A stretch of 64,000 bases of DNA, taken from NCBI RefSeq assembly GCF_030028105.1, contig NC_092374.1:175422057-175486056 (forward strand), written 5' to 3'. Under the pieces are notes generated by a model, which saw only the letters and a program-made list of their open reading frames with translations, ran no database searches and was not told where the DNA came from. Numbering within the stretch: the stretch's first letter is position 1; each line of letters opens with the position of its first letter. Shown here piece after piece: positions 23,731-36,218 of this stretch. A program made the translations under genes and the position numbers. The stretch comes from Mobula birostris. Taxonomy: Eukaryota.

Positions 23731-24129
23731 AAAAGTAAACTAAATCTCTTCTGCCTGTACACAAGTACCATCTGTCATTCCTTGTATATTCACATTGAAG
23801 TTACAGCTGTACCTGCTTCTAACATTCTCTTGATAGTAAGTTCCAGGCAACTGCCCCTCTGCTTATAATTTTAAAAACTGTCCTGTACATCTATCAGGTC
23901 TCCCCTTGATTTCTGAGTGGGTTGGGAGGGAAAGAAATCGGTTTGTCCAATCCCCTTGCCCTCACTGATGTAAATGGCATCCTAATGAGTCTCTTCACAC
24001 TCCAATGCCCCCACAACTTTCCTGTAATGGGGTGACAGTACTCCTAATGCACTCTAACCTAAATTTTATACAATCGCACCATGACTTGCTGTTACCCAGT
24101 GCACTATTCAATAAAAGCATCCACATGCC

Positions 24130-26845
24130 TTGCTCAAACAAGAAAATCGCAGATGCTGGAAATTCAAGCAACACACACAAAATGCAGTGGAATGCAGCAG
24201 GCCAGGCAGCATCTATAGGAAGAAATACAGTCAACCTTTCGGGTCGAGACACTTTGTCAGGACGAATAGAAAAAAGAGATCGTAAGAGATTTGGGAGGGG
24301 GAGACCCAAAATGATAGAAGACAGGAGGGGGAGGGATGAAGCTAAGAGCTGGGAAGTTGATTGGCAAAAGGGAGAAGGGGAGTATCATAGGATGGAAGGC
24401 CTTGGAAGAAAAAGGGGGAGGGGAGCACCAGAGGAAGATGGGGAATAGGCAACAGTTATTGTGAGAGGGAAAGAGGAAAAATAAATAAGGGATTGGGTAA
24501 GAAGGGGAGGCAACACTTCACCTGTGAGTCTGTTGGTGTGATATACTGTGTCCGGTGTGGCCTTCTATATATTGGTGAGACCCGGCACAGACTGGGAGAC
24601 CATTTCGCTGAACACTTATGCTCTGTCCACCAGAGGAAGCAGGGTCTCCCAGTGGCCACACATTTTAATTACATGTCCCATTCCCATTCTGATATGTCAA
24701 TCCATGGCGCCCCTACTGTCGAGATGAAGCCACTCAGGTTGGAGGAACAACACCTTGTATTTCGGCAGCACACACAAAATGCTGGAGGAACGCAGCAGGC
24801 CAGGCAGCATCTATAGGAAGAGGTACAGTAGATGTTTTGGGCTGGGACCCTTAGTCAGAACTAACTGAAAGAAGAGATGGTAAGAGATTTGAAAGGGGGA
24901 GGGGGAGATCTGAAATGATAGGGGAAGAGCTGGAAATTTGATTGGCAAAAGGATACCAGGATGGAGAAGGGGGGAGGATCATGGGACTGGAAGCCTGGGG
25001 AGAAAGAAAACAGTGGGGGGTGGGGAGGGGCTAAGAGGAAACCAGAGGATGGAGAGCAGGCAAGGAGTTCTAGTGAGGGATAGGAGAAAAATGTATATGA
25101 AAAATATTAACTAAGGGATGGGGTGTGAGGGGGAGGAGGGTCATTAGCAGAAGTTTGAGAGGTCAATATTCATATCATCAGGTTGGAGGCTACGCAGACG
25201 GAATATAAGGTGTTCCTCCAACCTGTGTGTGGCTTCATCTTGACAGTAGAGGAGGCTGTGGCTAGACATATCAGAATGGGATGTGGAATTAATGTGTGGG
25301 CACTAGGAGATCCTGCTTTCTCTGGCAGACAGTGTAGGTGTTCAGCAAAATGATCTCCCATTCTGCGTCGGGTCTCGCCAATACATATAGAAGGCCACAT
25401 CGGGAGCACCGGAGGCAGTATATCACCCCAGCCGACTTACAGGTGAAGTGTCGCCTCACTTGGAAGGACTGTCTGGGGCCCTGAATGGTGGTGAGGGAGG
25501 AAGTGTAAGGGCATGTGTAGCACTTGTTCTGCTTACAAGGATAAGTGCCGGGAGGGAGATTGGTGGGAAGGGATGAATGGACAAGGGAGTCAAGTAGGGA
25601 GCGATCTGTGTGGAAAGTAGAGGTGTGTGGGGGGGGAGGGAAAGATGTGCTTGGTGGTGGGATCCCGTTGGAGGTGGCGGAAGTCACAGAGAATTGTATG
25701 TTGGATACAGAGGCTGGTGGGGTGGTAGGTGAGGACTAGGGGAACCCTATTCCTGGTGGGGTGGGGAGGATGGAGTGAGCAGATGTACGTGAAATGGGAG
25801 AGATGCATTTGAGAGCAGAGTTGATGGTGGAGAAAGGGAAGCCTCTTTGTTTTTATAAATAAAAAGAAAGAAATCTCCTTCATCCTGGAATGAAAAGCCT
25901 CATCCTGAGAGCAGATGCAGCAGAGATGGAGGAATTGTGAGAAGGGGACGGCATTTTTGCAAGAGACTGGGTGGGAAGAGGAACAGTCCAGGTAGCTGTG
26001 AGTCCGCAGGCTTATAGTAGTCATCAGTCGATAAGCTGTCTCCAGAGATGGAGACAGAAGGATCCAGAAAGGGGAGGGAGGTGTTGGAAATGGACCAGGT
26101 AAATTTGAGGGCAGGGTGAAAGTTAGAGGTAAAGTTAATGAAGTCAACGAGCTCAGCATGCGTGCAGGAAGCAGCACCAATGCAGTTGTCGATGTAGTGA
26201 AGGAAAAGTGGGGGATAGATACCAGAATAGGTTTGGAACATGGACTGTTCCACAAAGCCAACAAAAAGGCAGGCATAGCTGGGACCCATACGGGTGCCCA
26301 TGGCTGCACCTTTAGTCTGGAGGAAGTGGGAGGAGCCAAAGGAGAAATTGTTAAGAGTAAGGACTAATTCTGCTAGACAGAGCAGAGTGGTGGTAGAGGG
26401 GAACTGGTTGGGACTGGAATCCAAAAAGTGGAGAGCTTTGAGACCTTGTATCCTGTCTGGATAGCCTCCAACCTGATGGCATGAACATTGATATCAAACT
26501 TCCGTTAATGCCACCCTCCCCTTACCCCATCTCTTATTTTTCCTCTCGTTCCCTCTCTCAGTAACTCCTTGCCTGTTCTCTATCTTCCTCTGGTGCTCCC
26601 TTCCCCCTTGCTTTCTTCCAAGGCCTTCTGTCTTATGATACTCCCCCTTCTCCCTTTTGCCAATCAAGTTCCCAGCTCTTAGTTTCATCCTCCCCCCCCC
26701 CCCCCCCCCACCCAGTCTTCTATCATCTCGGGTCTCCCCCTCCCACTTTCAAATCTCTTAACTATCTTTTTTCCGTTAGTCTCAACCCGAAAATGTCGAC
26801 TGTACTTCCTATAGATGCTGCCTGGCCTGCTGCATTCCACTGGGG
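24130..26845. mobile_element. Composite Penelope-like element (GIY-YIG endonuclease and RT C-terminus) with internal inversions
   Basis: + strand HFTCESVGVIYCVRCGLLYIGETRHRLGDHFAEH (24493-24816). - strand KGAAMGTRMGPSYACLFVG..YIDN and HFTCKSAGVIYCLRCSRCGLLY (25140-26470). Outer ends are inverted repeats. Confidence 0.88.
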
Positions 26846-27750
26846 GGGGGGGGGGGGGGGGTGCTACTTTCAAGAAGCAATGGACTTGAACCTCAAGATC
26901 CCTCTGTCAATGCTGTTAAGGGGCCTACCATTTATAGTATACATCCCCTTGAGCATCTCAAAGTATAGCATCTCACCTCAGATTAAATTCCTCTGCTATT
27001 TCTGTCCATATCAATAACTGCTCTATTTCCTCTATCCTTTGAGAGACCTTGCACTGTCTCTAACTCCACTAAACATTGGGTCATCTGCAAACTCACTGAC
27101 CCACGATTCACATTTTCATCAGTTATTAATATACCTGTTGAAGTATTGTGTTCTGCAGGTACTGGTTATATGTAATCTACTAGTTAATATCCTACCTTTT
27201 GACTCTTGTACATGTTGGGATTAAATTTCACCTGTTCATGGAATTTAGGGATTTACTATTTCATGAAAGAAAATTGCCTTTGGTCGCTAGCTGTCAGTAC
27301 CCCCATTCTAAAACACTCGCTGAAGAATGGATGGGGAATCCTCTGGACATTCAGTAACAGCATCTGATGCTAGACTTCTGAACAGTTGGTTTCTGCCTCT
27401 GACTGCCACAACATTGGGCTACTGTTGGACAAGTTTTAGGCACAGTGGGGATCGTGGGCTCAATGCAGGAGTTTTGTAAATCGGGAAAGCATTGGGTTGT
27501 TGGCTGCTTCATAATGAGCTGCTTCTATGACAGTGGATAAATACTGTGCAGTTGTGGCAAAGCCTGAGATGATGTGCTGCCCCTATAATTAGTCAATTGG
27601 AATCTCCACCTTCTCTGGATTAATCTCCAGAATCAGTATCTTAATCAGTATTCAGCAGCTGGGTGATAGTGGAAGTTTTTGGTAAGTGGTGACCACTCAG
27701 GTGGTCTGAGGTTGCCATATTCCATATGTTTAACTTTATCTCTCCTCCAG

Positions 27751-28035
27751 TTGAACCCGAGATCACCATCCGACCTAAAGTCTCGCCCTCCCAGTCAGGG
27801 CAGTTGGCCCTGCTCACCTGTCATGTCACTGGGTTTTACCCTCCGGAGATTGAAGTCAAGTGGCTGAAGAACGGAGCCCCAGTCCCCGCTGGAGCCATCA
27901 ATACGGTCCTGTTGTCAGATGGTGATTGGACGTACCAGGTGGAGGAACTCCTGCAGTATGACCCAGTGACTGGGGATAAATACACCTGTCACGTGGAGCA
28001 CAGCAGCCTGACCGAGCCCATGACCATGGACTGGG
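27751..28035 (+). CDS. mhc2b: MHC class II beta exon 3, beta2 Ig C1 domain
   Basis: VEPEITIRP...LLTCHVTGFYPPEIEVKWLKNG...DGDWTYQ...YTCHVEHSSL...DW. Acceptor tctcctccag, donor G|GTAAGT, 285 nt, open frame. Confidence 0.97.
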
Positions 28036-28389
28036 GTAAGTGCAGAACAGCTGGAGCCAGTGCTCTGTGCAGCCTTTGTCTTTGCTTGTCTACTAATTTC
28101 TTCATTGTCTTTGTGCCTTGTCTGTTTTTAGTAAAAAGTACATCTCTTCCAAAGGAACTTTCCAAATATCTTTTTGGACAATGTCATTCACTAGGCCTGC
28201 TATGAATTCAAACATATCTTCCCTTTGCCCTAACGTAAATGTGCACAATATCTTTCCATCAGAGCTAAGTTTGCATCTATGGAAATAATAAATATTTACT
28301 TTCTCCTCCACTCTCTTTATTCCAGTTTATCTCCCCCCTAGCCTTTTCCAATAGTTCTGACAGACTTTGCCATAAATAATATATTTTAG

Positions 28390-28687
28390 TGATAGTGTGG
28401 AGTAGGCCCTTCCAACTCTTCAAACCACACTGCCTCAGTGGACCTCTTTCTCTCTCTCTTCCCCCCCCCCCCCCCAAACAAACCTGATTAACCCTAACCT
28501 AATCATGGCTCAATTTACAATGAGCAATTGACCTACTTGGTATATCTTTGGGCTGTGAGAGAAAGCTGGAATACTTGGTGATAATCCACTTATTCCAAGC
28601 AGACTGTGTACAGACTACTTACTGATGGCACTGAAATTGAACTTTGAACTCCAGAATGCCTTGCACTAACCACTATGCTATTACAGT
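28390..28687 (-). mobile_element. HE1/V-SINE-like SINE
   Basis: Same family as 2400-2690 (caatttacaatgagcaattgacctac, gaaattgaac). Confidence 0.65.
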
Positions 28688-28749
28688 ATTAATGCAGGAT
28701 AAGAAAATTCTGTTCCAATGTTTCTAATACCATTTCAAAAGCAGTTTTG

Positions 28750-28885
28750 ATCTTGGAGGAAATCTACAGATGCTGGAAATTGAAGCAACACAAAATGCTG
28801 GTGAATGCAGCAGGCCAGGGTCTTGGCCCAAAATGTCAACTGTACCTCTTCCTATAGATTCTGCCTGGCCTGCTGCGTTCACCAG
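28750..28885. mobile_element. Penelope-derived short hairpin element
   Basis: Arms gctggtgaatgcagcaggccagg / cctggcctgctgcgttcaccagc. Confidence 0.7.
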
Positions 28886-28924
28886 CAGTTTTTGTGTTGA
28901 TGTCAGGAATTAAGTACAGGATCC

Positions 28925-29200
28925 TCTAGACCCACCACCAGGTTCGGGAACATTATTTTCCCCTCAACCATCAGGTTCTTGAACCAGAGGGGATAACTTC
29001 TTCCCAATCACTGAACTGTTCTCACATCCTATGGACTCTTTAATGGCTTCTTCATCTTGTTCTCTATTTATTGCATATATATTTGTACAATTTGTCTTTT
29101 GCACATTTATCATTTTTGTTGTCTTTGTGAGCAATGTTTCATTGTATCTTTGTATTACTGTGAATGCCTGCAAGAAAATTAATCTGATATGTTGATGTGA
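28925..29200 (+). mobile_element. Rex1/Babar 3-prime fragment
   Basis: caccaccaggttcgggaac...ccctcaaccatcagg and the characteristic 3-prime UTR. Confidence 0.65.
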
Positions 29201-29249
29201 ATGTACTTTAATTTTACTTTGAACTTTGTGTTCCTATTCTGGACCACAA

Positions 29250-32150
29250 TGGACTTTCATTACACAATAGATACTTAACCAATTGGGAACCTGATTATTG
29301 TAATTACATCTGGAGAATTGGCCCTTGCCACATAACACACAGATGGAAGCAGCAATCCTGACCAAAAAAAAACTATCCTCCAAAACTGAGGTATGAATGG
29401 TCCCTCTGACCTAAGTGTCACTTCTAGTCACAGGAGTGGTTCTGAAGAACTGGAGGAGTGCTGTGCTGGCCCACTTGTGATAACAAGATTGACATCAATG
29501 CCTTCACCTGCACAGATTTTGACAATTGTTGCATAGAATGTTCAAGTTAAATGCCCATGGGATACAGGAAAGGAGAAGTTGGATTGAAATTGTGACAGGA
29601 AGTGAGTGGTAATGGTAGGTGAGTGTCTGACTAAGTGTTTACCAGTAGTGATTTGTAGGGTCGGTACCGTTCCTTGCTTTCTGTACCATGTCAATGTTTT
29701 GGTCCTAACTGAGCAAGTGGTTTACAAGTTCAAAGTAAAGGAGCTTTAAATTGCAAATGGGAAATGAAATGTTTAAGAAACCTAAAGTTGTTAGGAAAAA
29801 TTAACATCTAAGTACTGACTAAACTAACTGGTGTTATTGGCCTGAACAGAATCAATTAGTGAAATGTCTCCAGGAAACTGTCAATATAGAGGGTCATATT
29901 CAGGAAGATGCAATACTTAACCTTGGATGTAGTGAAGTGGCAGTCAGAGAGCACTTTGGCTTTAGTGATACTAATTCTGTTGGATGGTGATGGGCAAAGA
30001 TGGGATAAGTTCAGTTTAGAGTACTAAACTGAAGCATGGCTAATTGTGGGGGAACTAATGAATCTGGAGGTCAATTAGGAGAGCCTGTTTGAAGGGAAAA
30101 GAATGAATGGCGAGTGGGAGGCTTTTAAGAGCAATATATCAAATGTCCAGGTGCACCATCTTGTTCGTGTGAAGGAACCCTAGTCAAAAGTGAAGCTGTG
30201 GTCAAGAAATAGAAATGATACATTGGGTTTAGGAGGTAGGAGATGAGTGAATCCTTTGAATAAGGATATTCAAGGGAAATTGAGTAGTTATAACATTGAT
30301 CTGACTAGTGAGGTGAAGGAAAAGGGGTTCCTTGGTGATAAGGGTGGCTAGGGAGTGATTATGTCCCTTTAGAGATCAGCCAGCTGGCATATGTTTTGAG
30401 CTACAGAAAATGATTTTCAACAAATTACTGAGAGAACATAGCCACTCCATAGTAATGAGAAGTGGAGCTGCTTTGGGCAACATTCACATTACCAGGAGGT
30501 ATTTGAAGCCTTGCAGTGCATCATGGTGAATAAGTCCTAGCACCTGAAGTCTATCTTTGGACTTTGAGAAGCTAGAGATTCAATTGTAGAAGCCCTTGTG
30601 ATATTTTTAGCCACCAAAATTCCTGAATGCTAGAAGATGGCTTACGTTTTCTTTACAAAAGCTGGCAGGACAAAGCTAGGGAACTACAGCCCAGTCACTC
30701 TGACCTCAGTGAGGAAGTTACTGGAGGGAATTGAGTGATGGGACTTGCCAGTATTTGAATAGGTAGTCTGATTGGAGTATGCATGGCTTTTTCATGGAAG
30801 GTCATGGCTGATATTTGTTTTTGAAGAGGTAAACAAAAATTGGAAGGTAGTGTAATGGATTTGTTCATGTTGGCTTTAAGACCTTCAAGGTCCTGCATGC
30901 AGGGCTTTTCTGAAAGGTTAGATCTCATTAAATCCAGAGCTAGTTATGTGGGTTCAAAATTTGCTTGGAGGCAAGAAGTAGAGGGGGTAGTTGTAAATTT
31001 TGTGGAATTGAAACTGATTAGTTGTCATGATAACCAGTGTGTGGGTGGTGGAAGCTTGTAAATTTCATCCAAATCAAAGTTTGAGCAGTAAATTTGCGGA
31101 TGGTATGAAATTGGGTGTTGATAGTGAAGGTTATCGTAAGATTACAGAAGGATTATCAGTTAGGGAAGTCTGCTGAAGAGCGGTAAACAGATTTGATACA
31201 GAAATGAGGACAACATAGGGGTCAGGGTAAAGCTGTTAGTGCTCGCTGTAAGATGGGATTCAATTGTCTGTAAGGTGTTTGTACACTCCCCATGACAACA
31301 GAGGTTTCTTCCAGGTGCTCTAGTTTCTTACATTTTTTTAAAAAGTGTTTGGGATAGTGAGTTGTACCCTTGCTATGTTGGCATCAGATTTCGGTGATAC
31401 TTGCAGCTGTCCTAGCACAATCATCATTGATTTGACATAACATTTTGCTGTATGTTTTGATGTACGTGTGACAAAGCTAATCTCTGCATTTGGGAAAATC
31501 AGGCCAGTGTAGGGCTTCTATGAATGGTAGGGCACTAGAGGGTAATTGCAGGCCAAGATCCCTCTATTCAAATGCATTTCATTGTATGCTGCATCACGGG
31601 TAGGCGAGGTGATAAAGCCTTCAATAGTCAGGGTGTTAATGAGTTGGAATGTTAAATTGCTATTGTATGTTATCAGTGAGGCTGCACCTGGAGTACTGTG
31701 TGGTTTTGCTCATGCCCAGTTATAGAGCCTTGGTTAAATAGCAAGGGTGCAGAAAAGTGAGTATTGCCAGTACTGGATTGCCTGAGTGATCTCAGCTTTT
31801 TTTGATCATAGGAGAATGAGTGATCTTGTAGAAGTTTATATGGATGGTACATGGATGGTAACAATCTTTACCCCAAGTTGGTCTGAAACTAGGGGTATAG
31901 ATTTGGGGTGAGGACAAATGTTTAAAGGCACAGCTTTACATGGGGCAGTGAGTGGTGAATTTATGTAACAAGCTGCCAGAGGAAATGGCTGAGGCAGGTA
32001 GAATAGTATATCTTGAGAAGCCTATGGAAGAGCAGTTCTTGGAGGGATAGGGGCTGAATGCAGGAAATGGGTACAAAATGGGTGGACACTATAGTTAGAG
32101 TGGATGCTGAGCTGAAGGGCCTCTATCTGCGCTATATTGCTCTGACGCTT
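29250..32150 (+). mobile_element. Very decayed CR1 LINE remnants with an inserted SINE (about 31210-31480)
   Basis: Scattered CR1 motifs (gggaactacagcccagtcactctgacctcagt, tttgcggatggtatgaaatt, gaggctgcacctggagtactgtg). Confidence 0.6.
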
Positions 32151-32772
32151 TTATATTATATAAAAATAATTTGGAAACATTCAGCAAATAGCATCAATGT
32201 TTCTCATTTGGGGCTATACACCAGCACCAGGAAATAAGTTGCTGACTTTTCATTGTTGTCAGATGCTGATTAATGTGACAGTTAATGTGCTGCACAGTTA
32301 AACTAAGTATAATGTTCTGTGTGCAGAAAGTTGTGTAAAATGTAGCCCTTCCCCAGTCTACAGGGCCTGGTGTAACACTCATCCAGGCACAGACCCTATA
32401 CTGCACTACCCCTAAGATCCTGATAGATTTCACTCCTCGGGCAGAGCCTTCACTCAAGTCAGTGTCCAGCAGAACACAGTACCCTGGGAGCAACCAAATG
32501 TTTCCCCTGAACCAGCTCCTTACCACAAACTCCCACATCCCACAGGATTTCTGCATTGCGCTTCTGATGGCCCCGGAAAAGGTGTGTGGGGGAGGGGTTA
32601 ATTTCTCCACTTTCTGATTGAATATCTCCAGCTGTAGTATATGTGGACAGTGGCTGAGAGTTATTTCCCTGTTACAGATGGGGACTACTCCAGTGTCAGA
32701 TCTTGCTGGTTGCAGTGTCTTGGTCCCAGACATCTCCCCATCCTGCTCTAACAAATTGTTTCCCTTGGACAG

Positions 32773-32889
32773 AAGTGCAGATCACGCCAGAATCGGAGAG
32801 AACAAAGATCATTGTGGGAGCATTGGGATTTGTGCTTGGGCTGCTCATCCTACTGGCAGCAGTTATAATGAAGCTGAAGAATGCTAAAG
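32773..32889 (+). CDS. mhc2b: MHC class II beta exon 4, connecting peptide and transmembrane helix
   Basis: EVQITPESERTKIIVGALGFVLGLLILLAAVIMKLKNAK, with the class II beta GxxGFVLGL motif. Acceptor cag at 32770-32772, donor G|GTGAGC. Confidence 0.94.
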
Positions 32890-35800
32890 GTGAGCTGTCT
32901 GAGGTGGGCACTGTATGTTCTGCTTTGGGGTCTGGCTAACATGCATTCCTTTTATTCATCCACTCTACAAAGTCATAAATTGTCAAAACATAGTAGAACT
33001 ATTTTAGTGAATTATCTGCCTTTTCCCAGGATCAGCATGGATGTGATGGGCTGGAGGGTCTGTACCTGAATTTTTTTCTTCCTCCCCACACCCCCAATCC
33101 TCTGGGGCAGGGTGAAGCTTAGAGTGGGGGGTTGTGAATCTGGACCCTCCATCTCTGCTCCATCAATATCTGGATATTGGCTCCAGCTTCCTGTTTCCAT
33201 CCCAGACTGGTGCAAGTCCAGGATGGGCTAGGACTTTTCCCAAATCAGCAGTCATTCAATTATGTCTTGGCTGAGGACTGAGTATTCCACCCCCTGTGAA
33301 TACAACTGGTCTTTACTCCAGTAGTGAGGCAGAGATCAACCTGGGGCATGGTCAGTTGATACTGAGATTCTCTACATTGTGCTTCCAATGGGCCAGAAAG
33401 GAAATGGAAATTCCTTTAGCTAGAATTTCTGGTCAAATATTACCAGCTGTTGCATGTTTAATGCTTCAGAAGCATTAAACTGAGAAATGGATTAGAGATA
33501 AGTGGTGAGTGTTTGAGTGACCGTACTCAACTTGGGTTTTGAATGCCGAAGGTGCAGTGGCTATTCCTGCTTGAATTTTCTCAGTAGCTAAGTGTTAATC
33601 TCCAAAATCTAGTGCAGTACCTATTGCAAGAGTTGAGCAATATAAAAGTGGAGCATTGGACAGGATATGCTGACATTGGAGTAAGTAGGGAATGTTCAGT
33701 TCTTCCCTGGGATGAAGGGGTTAAGTGTGAAAAGGAAGAGCTGAATATCATTACTACCAAGTGATATTGGGACAAAATTGAGGGAATGCACAGTTTATGA
33801 AGAGGAGCTGCCCTTTCAGGAGAAGAATTTCTTTCAGAGCAATACTGCATGGATGTAGGTCCAGATATCAAGTTTGGAGAGGGTGAAAGGCAGGAGCAGG
33901 TCGCAGCAGCATAAGACCTGTGACCAGCAACCAATTGCCTTTTGGGCTGGTTAGTGAGAGCAAATTGAAGGAAGGTGGGGGCAAGCACAGCATGTATGTC
34001 TGAGAATACATAGAGTGGTGATCTCAAGGCTTCAGCTCTTTGAAGCTTTCATGAAGAGGCTTCAGTCAGAAAACAAAAAAGCTAAAGTTTTTCCCCTTCT
34101 CTTTATAACTGCTCAGCTAGGACAGTAAGGATGACAGGCAGGATAGTGAGATGCTCCTCTTGTGGGACATGGGAAGTCAGGGAGACCTCCAGTGTCTCTT
34201 GCAACTGCAAGAAGTGCATCCAGCTGCAGCTCCTAACATCCCACGTTAAGGAGTTGGACCCAGAACTGGACGAACTCCGGATCATTCAGGAGGCTGAAGG
34301 TGATGGGCCAAAGAAGTAGTTACACCCAAGGTGCAAAACACAGGAAACTGGGTCCCAGTCAGGAAGGGGAAAGGGGTTAAGGAACCAGTGCAGTGCTCCT
34401 GTGACCATCTACCTCAACAGGTATATCACTTTTGATACTGTTGGAGGGGATGAACTAACAGGCAAGTCAGTTGTTGGGTCTCTGGTACTGAGTCTGGCCT
34501 TTCCTCAAAGGAAAGTGTGAGAAGAACTCTGTGGTGATGGAGGATTCATTAGTTAGGGGATCAGACAGGTTCTATGTGGGTGAGAATGAGGTTCCCAGAT
34601 AGTATGTTGCCTCCCAGGTGCCAGGGTCTAGGACATCATGGATTGAGTCCTCAACATTAAGTGAGAAGTCGTGGTCATGTAGGTACCAATGACTGAGGTT
34701 CTGCACAGGGAGTTAGGTGCTAAGTTAAAGGGCAGGACCCCCAGGGTTGTGATTTCAGGATTGCTACCCATGCCACCTGCTTAGTGAGGTCAGAACCAGG
34801 AAGACCCTCCATAGTGAGGTTTAGATGGGGTGGAGTTTGTTGGGTGTGTTGACACAATGTGTAGATAAGCATCAAGAAGAGAAGCTGTACTTGATCTGAT
34901 ATTGGGAAATGAGCCTGGTCAGGTGTCAGGTCTCTCAGTGGGACAGCATTTTGGAGATGGTGATCACAATTCCATCTCCTTTACCATGGCACTGGAGAGG
35001 TATAGGAACAGACAAGTTGGGGAAATGTTTAATTGAAGTGAGGGGAAATATGAGGCTATCAGTCAGGAACTTGGAAACCTAAATTGGAAACAGATGTTCT
35101 CAGGGAAATGCATGGAAGAAATGTGGCAAGTGTTCAGGGTTCAGTATAGGTACATTCCAATGAGATGGAAAGATTGGTAGGGTACAGGAACCATGGTGTA
35201 CAAATGCTGTTGTACTTCTAGTCAAGAAGAACTTTGAAAGGTTCAAAAAAAAACTAGGTAATGATAGAGATCTAGAAGATTATAAGGCTAGCAGGAAGGA
35301 GCTTAAGAATGAAATTAGGAGAGCCAGAAGGGGCCATGAGAAGGCCTTGGCCAACACGATAAAGGAAAACTCCAAGGCATTCTACAAGTATGTGGAGAGC
35401 AAGAGGATAAGATGTGAGAGAATAGGACCAATCAAGTGTGACAGTGGAAAAATGTGTATGGAACAGGAGATAGCAGAGGTACTTAATGAATACTTTGCTT
35501 CAGTACTCACTACAAAAAAGGATCTTGGCAATTGAATGGATGACTTGCAGCAGACTGAAAAGCTTGAGTATATAGATATTAAGGAAGAGGATGTGCTGGA
35601 GCTTTTGGAAAGCATCAGGTTTGATAAGTAACCGGGACCAGATGAGATGTACCCCAGGCTGCTGTGTGAGGCAAGGGAGGAGATTGCTGAGCCTCTAGCA
35701 ATGATCTTTACATCATTAATGGGGATAGGAGAGGTTCCAGAGGATTGGAGGGTTGTGGATGTTGTTCTCTTATTGAAGAAAGGGAGTAGAGATAGCCCAG

Positions 35801-36218
35801 GAAATTATAAATCAGTGAGTCTTCAGTGGTTGGTCAGCTGATGGAGAAGATCCTGAGAGGCAGGATTTATGAACATTTGGAGAGGCATAATGATTAGGAA
35901 TAATCAAGGTTTTGTCAAATTTGCATTGAATTTTTTGAGGACGTGACTAAACACATTAAAGGTAGAGCTGTAGATGTAGTGTATATGGATTTTAGCAAGG
36001 CATTTGATAAGATACCCCATGCAAGACTTATTGAGACAGTAAGGAGGCATGGGATCCAAGGGGACTTTGCTTTGTGGATCCACAATTGGCTTGCCTTCAG
36101 AAAGCAAAGAGTGGTTGTAGATGGATCATATTCTGCATGGAGGTCAGTGACTAGTGTTGTGCCTCAGGGATCTGTTCTGAGACCCCTACTCTTTGATTTT
36201 TTTTTTTTAAATATAAAT

